Positions 23,704-37,139 of a stretch of DNA of 64,000 bases are shown in pieces. Position 1 is the stretch's first letter. Each line of letters begins with the position of its first letter. A model generated the notes under the pieces. The model worked only from the letters and a program-made list of their open reading frames with translations, had not been told where the DNA came from and made no database searches. Both the position numbers and the translations under genes were made by a program. This stretch comes from Schizochytrium sp. TIO01 (lineage: Eukaryota; Protista; Bigyra: Labyrinthulomycetes), in the NCBI GenBank assembly GCA_004764695.1, contig SMSO01000019.1:10223-74222 (forward strand), read 5' to 3'.

Positions 23704-24605
23704 AAACCTCATGTTGGAAAGAAGACCTGCTGAATTTAAGCATATAATTAAGCAGAGGAAAAGAAACCAACCGGGATTCCCTCAGTAGCGGCGAGCGAAG
23801 CGGGAAGAGCTCATCATGAAAATCTTTTTTTACAAAAAGAATTGTAGTCTGTCGATGCGCATCCAGTTTTGTGAAAAGGTCAAAGTCCCATGGAAGTGGG
23901 CACGATACAGGGTGAAAGTCCCGTTCGTGGCTTTTTTGTTTTCAGAACGTACGGAGTGTATTCAAGGAGTCGTGTTGCTTGGGACTGCAGCGCCAAGTGG
24001 GTGGTAAATTCCATCTAAAGCTAAATATTGACGAGAGACCGATAGTGGAAAAGTACTGTGAAGGAAAGATGAAAAGAACTTTGAAAAGAGAGTGAAAAGT
24101 ACCTGAAATCGTTGAAAGGGAAGGGTTTGCGCCCAGTGTTGGTGTTTGTTGTTTTCAGCTGTCTTTTTCGGAAGTCAGTGTGACAATGAGCGCTGGTCGG
24201 CATGTGTTGGCTGTGCGAGGGAATAGTGTCTTGGCAAGCGGTTTGTTCCGGGGCCTTGATTTCCGACCCTCGCTACCGACAGAGGATAATTTCCATATCT
24301 AGGATGTCGACGAAATGAGTGCAAACCGCCCGTCTTGAAACACGGTTCAAGGAGTGTTACGAATGTGCGAGTGTTTTGGTGATGAAAACCAGAGCGCGAA
24401 GTGAAAGCGAAGCTATGGTACTGTGATCAGTATCGGCCGATCATGATCTACGGTGAAAGATTTGAGTTGGAGCGGATTCGTAGCGACCCGAAAGATGGTG
24501 AACTATGCTTGGATAGGGTAAAGTCAGGGGAAACTCTGATGGAAGCCTGCAAACGGTTCTGACGTGCAAATCGATCGTGAAAACTGAGTATAGGGGCGAA
24601 AGACT

Positions 24606-24638
<33 letters not shown>

Positions 24639-24937
24639 ATTTCCCTTAGGATAGCTATAACTCGTGTAGAGTTTCATCAGGTAAAGCGAATGATTAGAGG
24701 CATTGGGGACGAAATGTCCTCGACCTATTCTCAAACTTTAAATGGGTGAGAACATGCGGTTGCTTGAGTGAACTGCGTGATTGAATCTGAGTTATTAGTG
24801 GGGCCATCTCTGGTAAGCAGAGCTGGCGATGCGGGATGATCCGAACGCACAGTTAAAGTGCCAGAATGTTCGCTCATGAGATCCCACAAAAGGTGTTGGT
24901 TCATCTAGACAGCAGGACGGTGGCCATGGAAGTCGGA

Positions 24938-24973
<36 letters not shown>

Positions 24974-25862
24974 TGGATTAGCCCTGAAAATGGATGGCGC
25001 TTCAGCGATCTACTTATACTGTGCCATCTTGAATGTTTATATTATTTCAGGATGAGTAGGAGGGCGTGGGGGTTATGTGTTGAAGCGTTTGGTGTGAACC
25101 TGCGTGGAACGGCCTCTAGTGCAGATCTTGGTGGTAGTAGCAAGTATACAAGAGAGATCCTTGTAGACTGAAGTGGGGAAAGGTTTCGCGTGAACAGCAA
25201 TTGGACGCGAGTGAGTCGGTCCTAAGCATGGCCTGAGATGGTGGAATGGATGATTGTTTTGTTTACAGATCAATCCGCGTGCGAAAGGGAATTGCGTTAA
25301 TATTCGCAAACCAGAGGTTAGTGTTTAATGCGGTAACGCTAGCGCTGTTTGGAGACGTTGGCGAGCATCCCGGGAAGAGTTCTCTTTTCTTTTTAATTCT
25401 TTCTTTAATTAATCACCCCGGAAGTCCTTTGCGGAGCGAGGGGGCGATTGAAGAAGCAGAGCAGCCCAGTTTTGGGGTTGTCCGGTGCATGTTCGACGGC
25501 CCGTGAAAATCCAAAGGGCGGCATCATTTTGCCTCTGGCCGTACTGATAACCGCAACAGGTCTCCAAGATGAAAAGTCTCTAGTCAATAGAAGAATATAG
25601 ATAAGGGAAGTCGGCAAAATAGATTCGTAACTTTGGGATAAGAATTGGCTCTGAGGGTGTGGTTGTTTGGCGGTTGGGGTGTGTTTGTGTGGGACGGCCT
25701 ACATGTGTTGAGCAATCGATGCGTGGTCGGGCTGACCTGTCTTTTACATTCTAATCATTAACCAGGCAACGCTTAAACACCGACTCAGAACTGGAGCGAT
25801 CAAGGGGAATCCGACTGTTTAATTAAAACAAAGCATTGCGATGGTCGGAAACGATGTTGACG

Positions 25863-25895
<33 letters not shown>

Positions 25896-25913
25896 TCGTG
25901 AAGTAATTCAAAA

Positions 25914-25978
<65 letters not shown>

Positions 25979-25979
25979 C

Positions 25980-26013
<34 letters not shown>

Positions 26014-26025
26014 ACTGTCCCTATT

Positions 26026-26066
<41 letters not shown>

Positions 26067-26075
26067 GAATCAGCG

Positions 26076-26110
<35 letters not shown>

Positions 26111-26478
26111 TGACATTGTGAAATGTCATGTGAGGTGTAGAATAGGCGGGAGCTACTTGTAGCAACCTTGAAATACCGCCACTCACATCGACGTTTTACT
26201 TATATCGTCACAGTGTGACTTGAATGTTGATAAAGCATTCAAGTTCTGGTACATAAGTTCTTGGAACAATCACCGCGATAGAAATTGTCAGGTGGGGAGT
26301 TTGGCTGGGGCGGCACATCTGTTAGAAGAGAACACAGGTGTCCTAAGGAGAGCTCCGTGAGAACAGAAATCTCACTTAGCGCAAAAGGGTAAAAGCTCTC
26401 TTGATTTTGATTTTCAGTGTGAATACAAACTGTGAAAGCATGGCCTATCGATCCTTTAGTGTTTTAGAATTTCAAGCT

Positions 26479-26521
<43 letters not shown>

Positions 26522-26544
26522 AGCCAAGCGTTCATAGCGACGTT

Positions 26545-26578
<34 letters not shown>

Positions 26579-26623
26579 CTGCGCTTGCAGAAGGGCGCAA
26601 TGGTCGGATTGTTCACCCGTTAA

Positions 26624-26679
<56 letters not shown>

Positions 26680-27060
26680 ATGAAGTTGTTGTCGTACCAG
26701 TAGTTCAGGTTAGTACGAGAGGAACCTTTGGACCGCATCATTGGTAACGCGGTTGTCTGAAAAGTCAATGCCGCAAAGCTATCATGCGTTCGTTCAGGGC
26801 TGAACGCCTCTAAGTCCGAAACGATGCTGAAGGCGATGATATTACATGCTTGATTAGTTACTACGAGTATCTATACAGTAATTTTTGTAAACCGATTGAA
26901 ACCAGTGCTGTCAAAATCAGCGCTTTCTCTCATCACAATTTCAACGAATCAAGCAAGAGATCCTTTGTAGACGACTTAGCTTGGACGGGGTACTGTAAGC
27001 ATGAGAGTAGGCCTTGCCCTACGATCTGCTGAGGTTTGGCCTTCGTTCCGTTGATCTGTT
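23704..27060 (+). rRNA. 28S (LSU) rRNA
   Basis: Contains CCTGCTGAATTTAAGCATAT, CCCGTCTTGAAACACGG, GGTAGCCAAATGCCTCGTCATC and the sarcin-ricin loop AGTACGAGAGGAAC (about 26713). Ends are approximate. Confidence 0.97.
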
Positions 27061-27941
27061 ATGCCTAAAACAGGTATATTTTTCTTTTCTTTTTTTCATT
27101 TTATTTTATTGTTGGTGACTCCCGGGGAGAATGGATTTGTTTGAGATGATTTTAGAAGTTCTTTTTGATATTATACAAGGGCAGGGAACGAAGGTTAGTA
27201 GATTGCTAGAGGAAACAATAGGCTATTTTGAAATGAGAACTTGTGAGGTGAGAAGTGGATTATGGGTGCTGCAGAGAGTATGCTACGGAAAGGTGGGGCG
27301 TTGGAGTTGGATAGTATATTATTGGGAAGGTGATTAGGAGGGATAGAATTTAAATAAAGAAACACAATTGTGACGAAGTAGAAAGGGAGTTTCATTAGTT
27401 CTTGCTATATTCTATACAAATAAGTAAGGAACTGGTGGAGCTCCCTTTTTTATTTGTCAGAGGTTTTGTTTTTAAAATAATTTCGTTAAGCGACCCCTGG
27501 CAAGATCTAGACGAAGCTTGGAAAAGTAATCTTGGTTAGCATGTTCTTGAATCAAAGGAAACCGTTATCGGAAGTTCGTTTATGTGTGGTGAGAATCGTA
27601 GCAAGATTTTTATACCACGTGAATTAGGAGTGTCAAAACACTGGTATTCTTTCTTAGGAATCTCAGTTTGCCCAACGATAGTGCGTGTTACGCTTGGGTT
27701 GGGTTCGATCGCCTCAATCGGGTGATCCTATTTAATAATGATAGTTTTATCTGATATTTTCTCAAAACCGTGGTCTAAGTTAAGCTGGAAACAAACTCCA
27801 CAAACCAGTCGCAATTTTGTTACTGCGAAATGATAATTAATTGTGCCAAAGGAAATTGGGGTTACTAAACTTCAACTTATGTTGTGGAGTTATTGTTTGA
27901 GATGTTAATCTTGTATTATTGGGCCGTCAGTAGTCCATTGA

Positions 27942-28021
27942 GCTGTGATGACCGAGCGGTTAAGGTGCCACGTTTAGGCCGTAGTCCGAAAAAAGCGTGG
28001 ATTCGAGTCCCACTCACAGTA
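27942..28021 (+). tRNA. tRNA-Leu(UAG), probably degenerate or a pseudogene
   Basis: Acceptor GCTGTGA/TCACAGT, anticodon loop TT-TAG-GC and a long variable arm. There are mismatches in the anticodon stem (CCACG/CGTAG), the T stem (GTGGA/CCCAC) and the variable arm. Confidence 0.7.
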
Positions 28022-28116
28022 GAAGATTAAGAATAAGCTTTGGAAGCTTCAAAGGCTGTCATTGTTAAACATTTAGTTAAAATGTGGTTTTACGCAACCT
28101 GCTGGTGTAAATTCAA

Positions 28117-28187
28117 GCTTTCGTAGTTCAATGGTAGAACGTCACGTTGTGGCCGTGACGACCGTGGTTCGATTCCGCGCGAAGGCA
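28117..28187 (+). tRNA. tRNA-His(GUG)
   Basis: Acceptor GCTTTCG/CGAAGGC, anticodon arm TCACG-TTGTGGC-CGTGA and T arm CGTGG-TTCGATT-CCGCG. Confidence 0.9.
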
Positions 28188-28955
28188 CTCACCTCAAGAT
28201 TAGTGAGGTTAACATTTTTGTTGGTTTCTTTTCATACTGATACGCTTCATATCTTACGGTGTATTTTACTTAAAAGAGGGTACTTGATATACAAGTTCAA
28301 TGAATGAAAGTTCAGTTCATTTTTTAATGATTGTTTTTTCATACTGACAACTGATGTATCAATATTTTTAATGAATTTTTCAAAATGGAAAAGCTATCCT
28401 TCAATGCTTGCTAGCTTGCAAACCAAAGGAGAGGAGACTGTAGAGTGTCTTCCCGAATACTGTCTGGCTGATTATGTTGGGATTTGGAATTCTAGGTATT
28501 ATACATGTATCCCCGGTTAGATCTACACTGTTGCAAGGCATCGCTGATTATAAGCTAAACGTTCTTTGGCAGTTCTTTCCTTGGCACTTGTTGAAGGCCT
28601 CTTCATTTTTATCATAATAATTCTATGATTTTGATTTCTACAATTTAAATAATCGGTTCTATTTTTCCTCGGACGTTTGAATTACAGTTATACGTTTGAG
28701 TATACACAGTTTCAAAGTAAGGCCTTGATGATTTGCTGTAAAAGTAGTGCTGTGCTGTTTAAAACAATAACCTTTTAAGAGAACATGGAGAATCGATTAG
28801 CTTACAAATAAATTTCACAAAAATATAAACAGGAATTTGGCTACTTCCTGTACGAGTTTCCGTGGCTTTGCTTTAGTAAGACTGAAACGCAGGTCAAGCA
28901 TCTGATCCCACAGTTACTTTCCCTAAAACAAAAAGAAATACACTTTGGGTTCCAG

Positions 28956-29029
28956 AATCTCCGGCGGGACTTGAACCCACGATCTCCTGATTCGTAGTCA
29001 GGCACCTTATCCAACTTGGCCACGGAGAC
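28956..29029 (-). tRNA. tRNA-Arg(ACG)
   Basis: The reverse complement is GTCTCCGTGGCCAAGTTGGATAAGGTGCCTGACTACGAATCAGGAGATCGTGGGTTCAAGTCCCGCCGGAGATT, with anticodon arm CCTGA-CTACGAA-TCAGG. Confidence 0.9.
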
Positions 29030-30849
29030 AACTTGCTAGGTTGGAAGTGAGACTTGTTGCTGTCAAGAATATGTTTTCCTCACACTGTACCCTGACCCTT
29101 GGGGGAACTTTATTGTACAAAAGTTTAAAGCTGACCGTTACTTTAAGCAAAATCAAATTTACATATTGGCATAAATGATTTGCACAAGGATCAAACGCTT
29201 GAAGCACATTTTAGCTAACGACCCTTTTGCCCTCTACAAGGCTCGTGGGCGTGAAGAAGCGAGCCACTGCGCAATGATTGATTGAGAGTTCTCTTTAAAT
29301 ATAATAAAGTTTTTCACTTGAAGGTTTATTTAATACCCCTTTTCTTGTAAATTGAAACTAATATTATGATAGAATTCTCATTTTTTATTTATTTTTTAAA
29401 GAAAAGAGGTAAACTTAATTTAATAAAATGAAAGTGAAGAAAAAAAACTTCAAACTTAAACGAATGGAATTGATCTTCATTTTAAAACCGAAGAGCGGGG
29501 TCCGAATAAAGCGATTCGTACATTCATAAATTGGTCATTACAGATGTGTCAAATTGTTGAAGTGGAAAGAGAAAGTCACCCAATACGGTGAAGTTGACCT
29601 TACCTCAAGTTTACTGCAATGCCAGGTATCCCAAGATATCTGTTACGACAACATGTGGAGAAACGATGGTGATGAAGGTGTGTAGTAGAAAGGAATTCAT
29701 GCTGCTTTGAATAATTGAAACATGAAGATACTCATGAGGCTAGAACCTTTGCGATCTAAAATAGACGCGTTTAAATCGAAATGGCCTCTCAGATTTGTTG
29801 GCCGCACTATGCCCAATGGTTACTGTGTATTGTATAATTGGATGCGACGCTTTATGCAGCACCACATCGTCATTATACTCTTCGATTTGGAATAACTGTA
29901 TATTTAGATGATAACGATACTTTAAAAAATAATTTAATTGAAGAAATATATTAAGACAAATTAAATCAAAATTTATAGTTTCAATTATATTTAAAAACTT
30001 ATTTCAATAAATTTCTTTATTTTAGTTTAAATTAATTTTTATTTTTATTTAAAGTGGTTTCTAACACTAATCATTCTATTAATAGCAAAGTGAATTCGTG
30101 AAGCATATCAAGATGCCGTTTCCCATCGAGAGTATTCATTGCAACGCTTTTCAACGTCAAAGACATATGTTCTCCTGCAACGTATTCTTCGCGGTACCTC
30201 TTGGCATGAAGACATCGTATTCGCGTGGATTGCTTGTTCCCATCTTACGGTCATTAACTACACGATCAACAATTACATCACAAATTGTATACAAGGTGTT
30301 ACTAATGCATAATGGATACTTCGTTGTTTTGAGCATAGTAATACGTAATGTACAAGAATAAAAACGTCCACTAGCGTTTGATCGATTATATTATTGTTTT
30401 GCTTCAAGCTTGGAAAGAAATGAACATTCAGATAGTCTAGATTTATTGCTTGAATTAAATGAAGCACCATCTCTCAGTGGTCCTTTCACATGAATCTTGC
30501 AAGAACAAGACAATTTTCATTTCCTTCTCGTAAAGGACTGAAATATATTTGTATTGCAGAGTAGCCTGTGCTGTGAAGCGTGGAGAGGTAGTCTGACAAG
30601 GATGACGAACTCAGGAGAAAGAGAGAGAGGATGATATATGAGTTATCGGGGTTTCAGGTCTGTATACAGGCAGGGTAAATGTGTGGATAGGAGAGCTTGG
30701 TTAGGTTAGGTTAGGTTAGACAGTAGCTGTATATTACTTCAATAATTTGTAAACGTCGGAATTTACTGTGTGAGATCTTCCAGCCTCGGTAACTTCATCA
30801 CACTTGCCATAATAATTTAACTCCTTGTAGATATTTGAAACATTTCTTT

Positions 30850-33800
30850 ACCACTTAACTAATCTACAAGAGATGTTTTACTTTTCTCTATCAGCAAGAG
30901 TACTGATAAGCATGGAATGGATGCAGTTTTAAAATAGTTCAAGGTACGATCTAAAAACAAACAAAACACCAAAAACTCATTGTTTACTATTAAATTAAAC
31001 TTTTTATATTGAAAAGTTAAATATTTTAAACCTAAAGTAAAAGTTTAACTAAAACAAAACAATTTTATTTTCTGTTTTAATACATTTTTGTTTTAAATCT
31101 TTATAAGTTTAAAAGAGTTTAAACTTTTTATTTTGAAAAGTTAAATATTTTAAACCTAAAGTAAAAGTTTAATTAAAACAAAACAATTTTATTTTTATAT
31201 TCTGTTCTAATACATTTTTGTTTTTAATCTTTAAAAGTTAAAAGGAGTAAAAGTATTTGCAATGGCAAATTTGAAGTGACAGAAGTTATTGATGTAGCCT
31301 GAATGAAATCTTTGAGAGACTTACCGAGTCTTAACGAGTTTGCTGCTGTACGAAATAGAGCATTTTCAGATAAAGGGTTGCACAATAGTATAGGCGCAGC
31401 TACTTAGACAGGTTACAAGCCGACTTGCTGTGTAGAAGCTCAATCCAAATGAAGCATTGGTGCGTGAACTTTCCGAAACCCATATTTTTTTAGCTCGTTA
31501 AGCATTTTCAAATTGGTCATAAAGCTGTCCAACGTTGTTTGCTGCAACATGCCTTCTAAGAATCACGTTTGTCTTTAAACTTTCATGCTCAGAGCACTCT
31601 GCAGTATGGTGATGATGTAGATTTGTTTGACGAGAGGGCTCTGTCGAACAAAGAAATTATCAAAATTGTGTTTCCTTAGAGAGTAGACCTTTTGCATGAC
31701 CTCATTTATTAAAACAAACATTATCGGGGTCATTTCGCGAATGTTTTGGGCAGCCGCAACAAAGTCAAGCTTTCGTTTTGCTGAGTCTTGTTTTAAAAGT
31801 TTTAAAAAAGGTTGTTTTTGTTGGAGGCAAACTCAGGTAAAAAACACTAAAATATTGTACGTTCGATGAAGGCAAGTAATACAAATTTCCATAAGACTCT
31901 GAATCAACAATCATGTACTATATACGAATGCTTCCCAGCGTAATAGCAGAACTTAACAGCATGCCTGTATGGATTAGAATATTTATTAAAAACGATATCA
32001 TGGAGCTTGGTGGAAACGACAGAACACCACAAAATATTTCTAAATAGATTCACGGGCGTTCGAAATACGATATGTTGCAGCTTTTTCCAAGCAAGTCCTT
32101 TGGCAACCAGAAATACTAGTCAAATGTGTGGTAAGTACGCTTCGTGCCTGCACATCAAATTACTTCGATAGCATCGACATAGAAAACCTGATTTGAAGGG
32201 AAAACAGTGCAATAAGGAATTGTACAAAGAATCGCGAATTGAGAACTACCACTTATTTTGTGACTAGTCCCTTTCATGGTTAAGAAAGGTCATCTGTTAA
32301 TTTGGAGATGCCGCAAAGATGAACGCATAAAAGGATTTTTTATTTCGAAAACGCATTTCGTGAGATCACCCCCTAAAATATAACGAATTTGCAACTTAAT
32401 CTTTGACAGTGATGTGTTTGGGAGAAAGCTATGTGCAAAGACCCAGTGAAGGAATCGCAGGCACTCATTGGTCACAATTGATATGCTTCAAAATACATAA
32501 AAAATTGCAGTCATCGTACGGATTCAAAAGAAAAGACGAAACTCTCTCTCCAGTTCAGAAAAGAGTAGTAGAAGATGCTGTGCGGTCAAAACATGCAATA
32601 TCTTGCTTTGACGGTAGTGCAGGTAAAGTTGTTGCTGGGCGATCATTGTTCTCATTAGTATAATTACAAGTTCTAATTTATACACTAAGGTGCTGTTACT
32701 CCTAGTTAGACAATTCTTCAACCAATCTTCTAGATAGATTAAAGTATAGTCTACATGTTCGTTTCTGTAGTCAAGTTTGGGAAGAGTAAAGGGAAAAGCA
32801 TCAGAACTTGAATCAAATCATAGAGGACTGCTCTAGGCGCCCCGGCCGTGAGCAGGTAGAGCATAGTGGGTGGTTCGCTTGGCCTTAGCAAAGATGCTGG
32901 GTTGACTACCTGCGCTTGTAGGTTGCTTCCAGTTCCTTCTGCTTTGCCTCCAAACGAACGAAGCTGTGAGATGAGATCACATCAACCTTGGCTCTGCGAG
33001 ACTTGGACGAGGCTCGAGCTCCTGCCAGCACCGCTGCTTTGGCAAGATGGGTCTCTGTCTCCGCCAGCGAGCACAGAGTTAAGTGAGAACCTTTGTTTCT
33101 AAATTATAGAAGGTGTTTTTTATGCCTCAGAAAGGTCTGTGAAACANNNNNTCCTGTAAATGAAAACAAAGAAATGTTAAAATTATAATTTTTAATTAAA
33201 ATATATTTATTAAAATAAAAGGGAATAAACTGAATTTTAGAAAATGAAAGTAATAAAAAACTTAACATTTCTTTACAGCCAAACTTATCTACAAGAGATG
33301 TTTTACTTTTCTCTATCAGTAGCAGTTCTGACAATTATGGAGTGGATGCGGCTTAAAAGTAGTACAAGGTACGTTTTTGTCAAAACAACCAAAACACAAA
33401 GAACTCATTTTTAAATTTTACTTTTAGATTAAACGTTTTGTTTTGAAAATCAAATCTTTTAAACCTAAAATAAAAGTTTAACTAAAACAAAACAAAACAA
33501 TTTTATTTTTACTTTCAATTTTAAAACATTCCTGTTTTTATTTAATTTATTTAAAAAAAAAAAAAAAGTTAAAAGTTGTGAAAGTATTTGCAATGGCAAA
33601 TTTTTATATTGACAGAAATTATTGATGTAGCCTGAATGAGATCTTCCATATTTAAAGAGTCTAAACAATTTTGCGGTTTCACAAAATAGAGCATCTTCAG
33701 ATCAAGGGTTGCACAATAGTATAGGCGCAGCTGCTTAGACATGTGACAAGCTGACTTGCTGTTTAGAAGTTCAATCCAAATGAATCATTGATGTGTAAAA

Positions 33801-35640
33801 CTTTCCGAAACCAATATTTTTTAGCTCGTTAAGCATTTCAAATTGGTCATAAAGCTGTTCAACGTTGTTTGCTGCAGCATGTCTTTCTAGGAATAACATT
33901 TGTCTTTCAAAGATCCATGCGCAGAACACTCGGGTGATGATGTAGATTTGTTCGACGGGTGGGCTCTGTTGTACAATCAAAATTGTGCTTCCTTAGAGAG
34001 TATACTGTTTGTATGACCTCATCTATCAAAAACATCATCGGGGCCATTTCGCGAATGTTTTGGGCAACCACAACAAAGTCCAGCTTTCGTTTTGCTGAGG
34101 CTTGCTAAAAAATAAATAAAATAGGGTTGCTTTTGCTGGAGGCAAGCTCAATTTAATTTTTTCTCAAGTGATGTACGTCCGATGAAGGCAAGTAATACAA
34201 ATTTTCACAAGACTCTGAATCAACAATTAAGTACTTTATACAAAGGTTTTCCAGTGTAATAGCAGAATTCAACAGCATGCCTTGTATGCATTAGAATATT
34301 TATTAAAAACGATATCATGGAGCTTGCTGCAAGCGGCAGAACCTACATAGAAGGAGGATTTTTGGATCTTGGTCCCTCCTTCCAGTTTTTATGTGGGTAG
34401 CTTTGGTTCATGTATATAAAACGGGTTCTATTCCTGTTCTATCCTGGGGCAGAGAAAAAATGCCTCTTATTGCTTCTATCTTAGTGTGAGAAGCTAACTA
34501 TAACAGAGAATAGGTGTTTAAAATGGAGTTAAATTACCGATGACGCTAGAGTTAATTTTCATTTTAGACGCTGTACCTGCTTTCCAGCTATCCTCCCACC
34601 CCTCCTCTGACGCAGGTTCAAAATATTTATAATAGATTCCAGAATGTTCGAAATACAAAATCCTGCAGCAATTTCGAAGCAAGTCTTCTGGCAACCGGAA
34701 ATACTGGTCAAATGTGTGCGGTAAGTACGCTTCGCGCCTGCACATCAAATTACCCTTTGCTTTTCGAAAAAATCGAAATAGATAACCTGTTTTGAAGGGG
34801 AAAACAGTGCAATAAGGAATTGCGCAAAGAATTACGAATGTGCTTATTTTGTAACTAGCCTTTTTCATGGCTAAGAAAGGTCATTTGTCAATCTGGAGAT
34901 GCCACAAAGAGGAGCTCGCTCATAAAGGAAAAAAACAAAAACGCATTTTGTGAGATCACACCATAAAATATATAAAGAAGCAGCTATCGAATGATTTGCA
35001 ACCTAATCTTTGACAGTGATGTGCTCGGGAGAAGGCACTTATTATTCACTGCATTTAATATGCATAGCTTAAATACTTCAAAGTTTGCAGTGATCGTACA
35101 GCTTCGAAAGAAAAGAAGAGAACCCTCTCCAACTCAGAGAAGAGTAGCAAGATGCTGCGCAATCAAAACATACAAGATTTTGCTCTGACGTTAGTGTAGG
35201 TAAAGTAGTTGCTTGCAATCATAGTTCTCAACAGTTCTCAACAGTAGAATTGCAAGGACGCTAAGGGTTCTGTAGTCCTATTATACAAATCATCAACTAA
35301 TGCTCTAGATAGATTAACTATACTCTGTATTTTTATTCTTTAACGAAGTGTGGGAAGATCAAAAGGAAAGCATCAGAACTTGAATCAAACTGCTCTAGGC
35401 GCTCCTGCCGTGCGCAGGTAGGCCTTAGTGGGTGGTTCGCTTGGCTTTAGCAAAGATGCTGGGTTGATTACCTGCGCTTGGAGGCTATGTAGCTTCCGGT
35501 TCCCTCTACTTGGCCGCCAAACGAACGATGCTGTGACATCAGATCGCAGCAACTTTGACTCTGCGAGACTTCGACGAGGCTCGAGCTCGTGCCACCATCG
35601 CCGCTTTGACAAGCAAGGCCTCAGGTCCGCCATCAAGGGA
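30850..35640. repeat. Diverged tandem duplication (about 30850-33060 and 33270-35640) of a probable minus-strand gene remnant
   Basis: Shared anchors include TCTACAAGAGATGTTTTACTTTTCTCTATCAG (about 30862/33287), GGGTTGCACAATAGTATAGGCGCAGC (about 31375/33706) and GTGGGTGGTTCGCTTGGC (32866/35428). Only short, broken ORFs remain. Confidence 0.75.
33147..33151. other. Assembly gap (5 N)
   Basis: The sequence reads nnnnn at this position. Confidence 1.
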
Positions 35641-37005
35641 AATGAATGTTCTCTGCAAAAAGTAATCGATGCTGTTCATAAGCTTGGTCAATCTCAGTAT
35701 GTCACTGTTTTGCTCTTGGTTATGGGTTTGTGAAATTCGCTGCTCATTAGAGTAATAAACAATTATTCACAAATACGAGCGACTTCATAGGTGGCAAAAA
35801 AATCAAATTATCACCATATCGAGTGGTTTTAGACCTGGAGGTTGTGAGGTTTTTACTCTTATGCTCTGCACATTTTGGCCTGGATAAAAAGCCAATAAGA
35901 GACTTTTTGAAAATAAGGATTTTTGATTTTGGTTTCCTTCATGGTGTAATACCTTTCACTACACAAACAATCACCCGCAGTCACCATTGCAAATGCTTAA
36001 AGCAGGCATGAATTACGTAGTGCATTTAATTGGTTCATATGTATACGCTAGTGCTTCATATAGTTATAGAGTGTAATAATCTCAGTGTCTTTCGCACTGT
36101 GCACGAAAAGCAATCAGCTCTAGTATATTTTGGCATTGTCCTGTAGCAACAATTACAACGGTTGTATTATATTGTTAAGTTATGGCTTTGCTTTATTGGG
36201 CTAGTTAATACGTTCCTTGTAGCAGATATATGCTAAGTACCAATACTAACTTTGGTTCAGGAAAATAAAAAGCAGAATATAGTAAATCACGTTGTGGCTA
36301 GAGTTGCTCCTCCAGAATCCCAGATCAATTTAGGGGGCTGTAGATTGAAGCCAGGGCCCCTGGTACCTGCCTTTGTTTCGAAATGTAGTAATTGATGGAT
36401 GTCTTCAGGGAAGCTTCTGAAGATTAAATTCCTTAAATTTGCTGAAGGGTATCTTCAACTTACAACTACTGCGCTGTTACCTTGAGAGTCCGCCACCAGG
36501 GCAAACGAAGAAGATGAAAAATGAATTCTCGGGCCAGCGAATGGCGTTTGAAATGAACAATATACATCTCGCGATTGAGAGTTGTGGTAAGCAGGAGCCC
36601 TTTTAAAAGCAAGTGTGACCTTTTCCTGTGAATCTTCTATTCAATTTACCGATATTTTTATGCGTAGTTTTCATTTGTTTCTGCAAACGTGCTTTACAGA
36701 GAATGCAACTGCTGCCCCTGACTTTCCCTAGTAGATCATTCCATTAATGCAAAGTGATTTTGTTTATTTATCTCTTTGTGCCTAATTTAGAATGCATTGC
36801 AAAAAATAGGATACATCAATTTTGTGATTCCCTATCATTTTTATTATTCAGGAATGTTTGATAGTAAGCCAACGACATCAGTACGTATGTCAAAAATGAA
36901 CAGATTAACCCCGCTTTGTGTGGAGAACTGATATCATTGCTCAATTATTAGTGATTCATATCAAAGTACCAAAAATGATTGGTTTGGGGGGAAAAAAGGT
37001 AAAAA

Positions 37006-37123
37006 ACATTCAACACCGGGGCTTCGCATGCAGTCCCCTATCATACTACTGACCCGGCCCTACGCGACTTTACTTCTCAGTGCGAATGAGATGAGGTGTT
37101 ACCCGCGTGGTATGATCGAATGT
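37006..37123 (-). rRNA. 5S rRNA
   Basis: Identical to 12601-12718 and followed by oligo-T on the minus strand. Confidence 0.93.
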
Positions 37124-37139
37124 GACTAAGTTAGTCGAA

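Noticed and set aside
20972-27032. ORFs overlapping the ETS, 18S, 5.8S and 28S
   Set aside because: These are chance ORFs within rRNA sequence.
23704-27060. R2-type retroelement or group I intron insertion in the rDNA
   Set aside because: The 28S target region (TAAGGTAGCCAAATGCC, about 25951) is uninterrupted, and the 18S and 28S lengths are normal.
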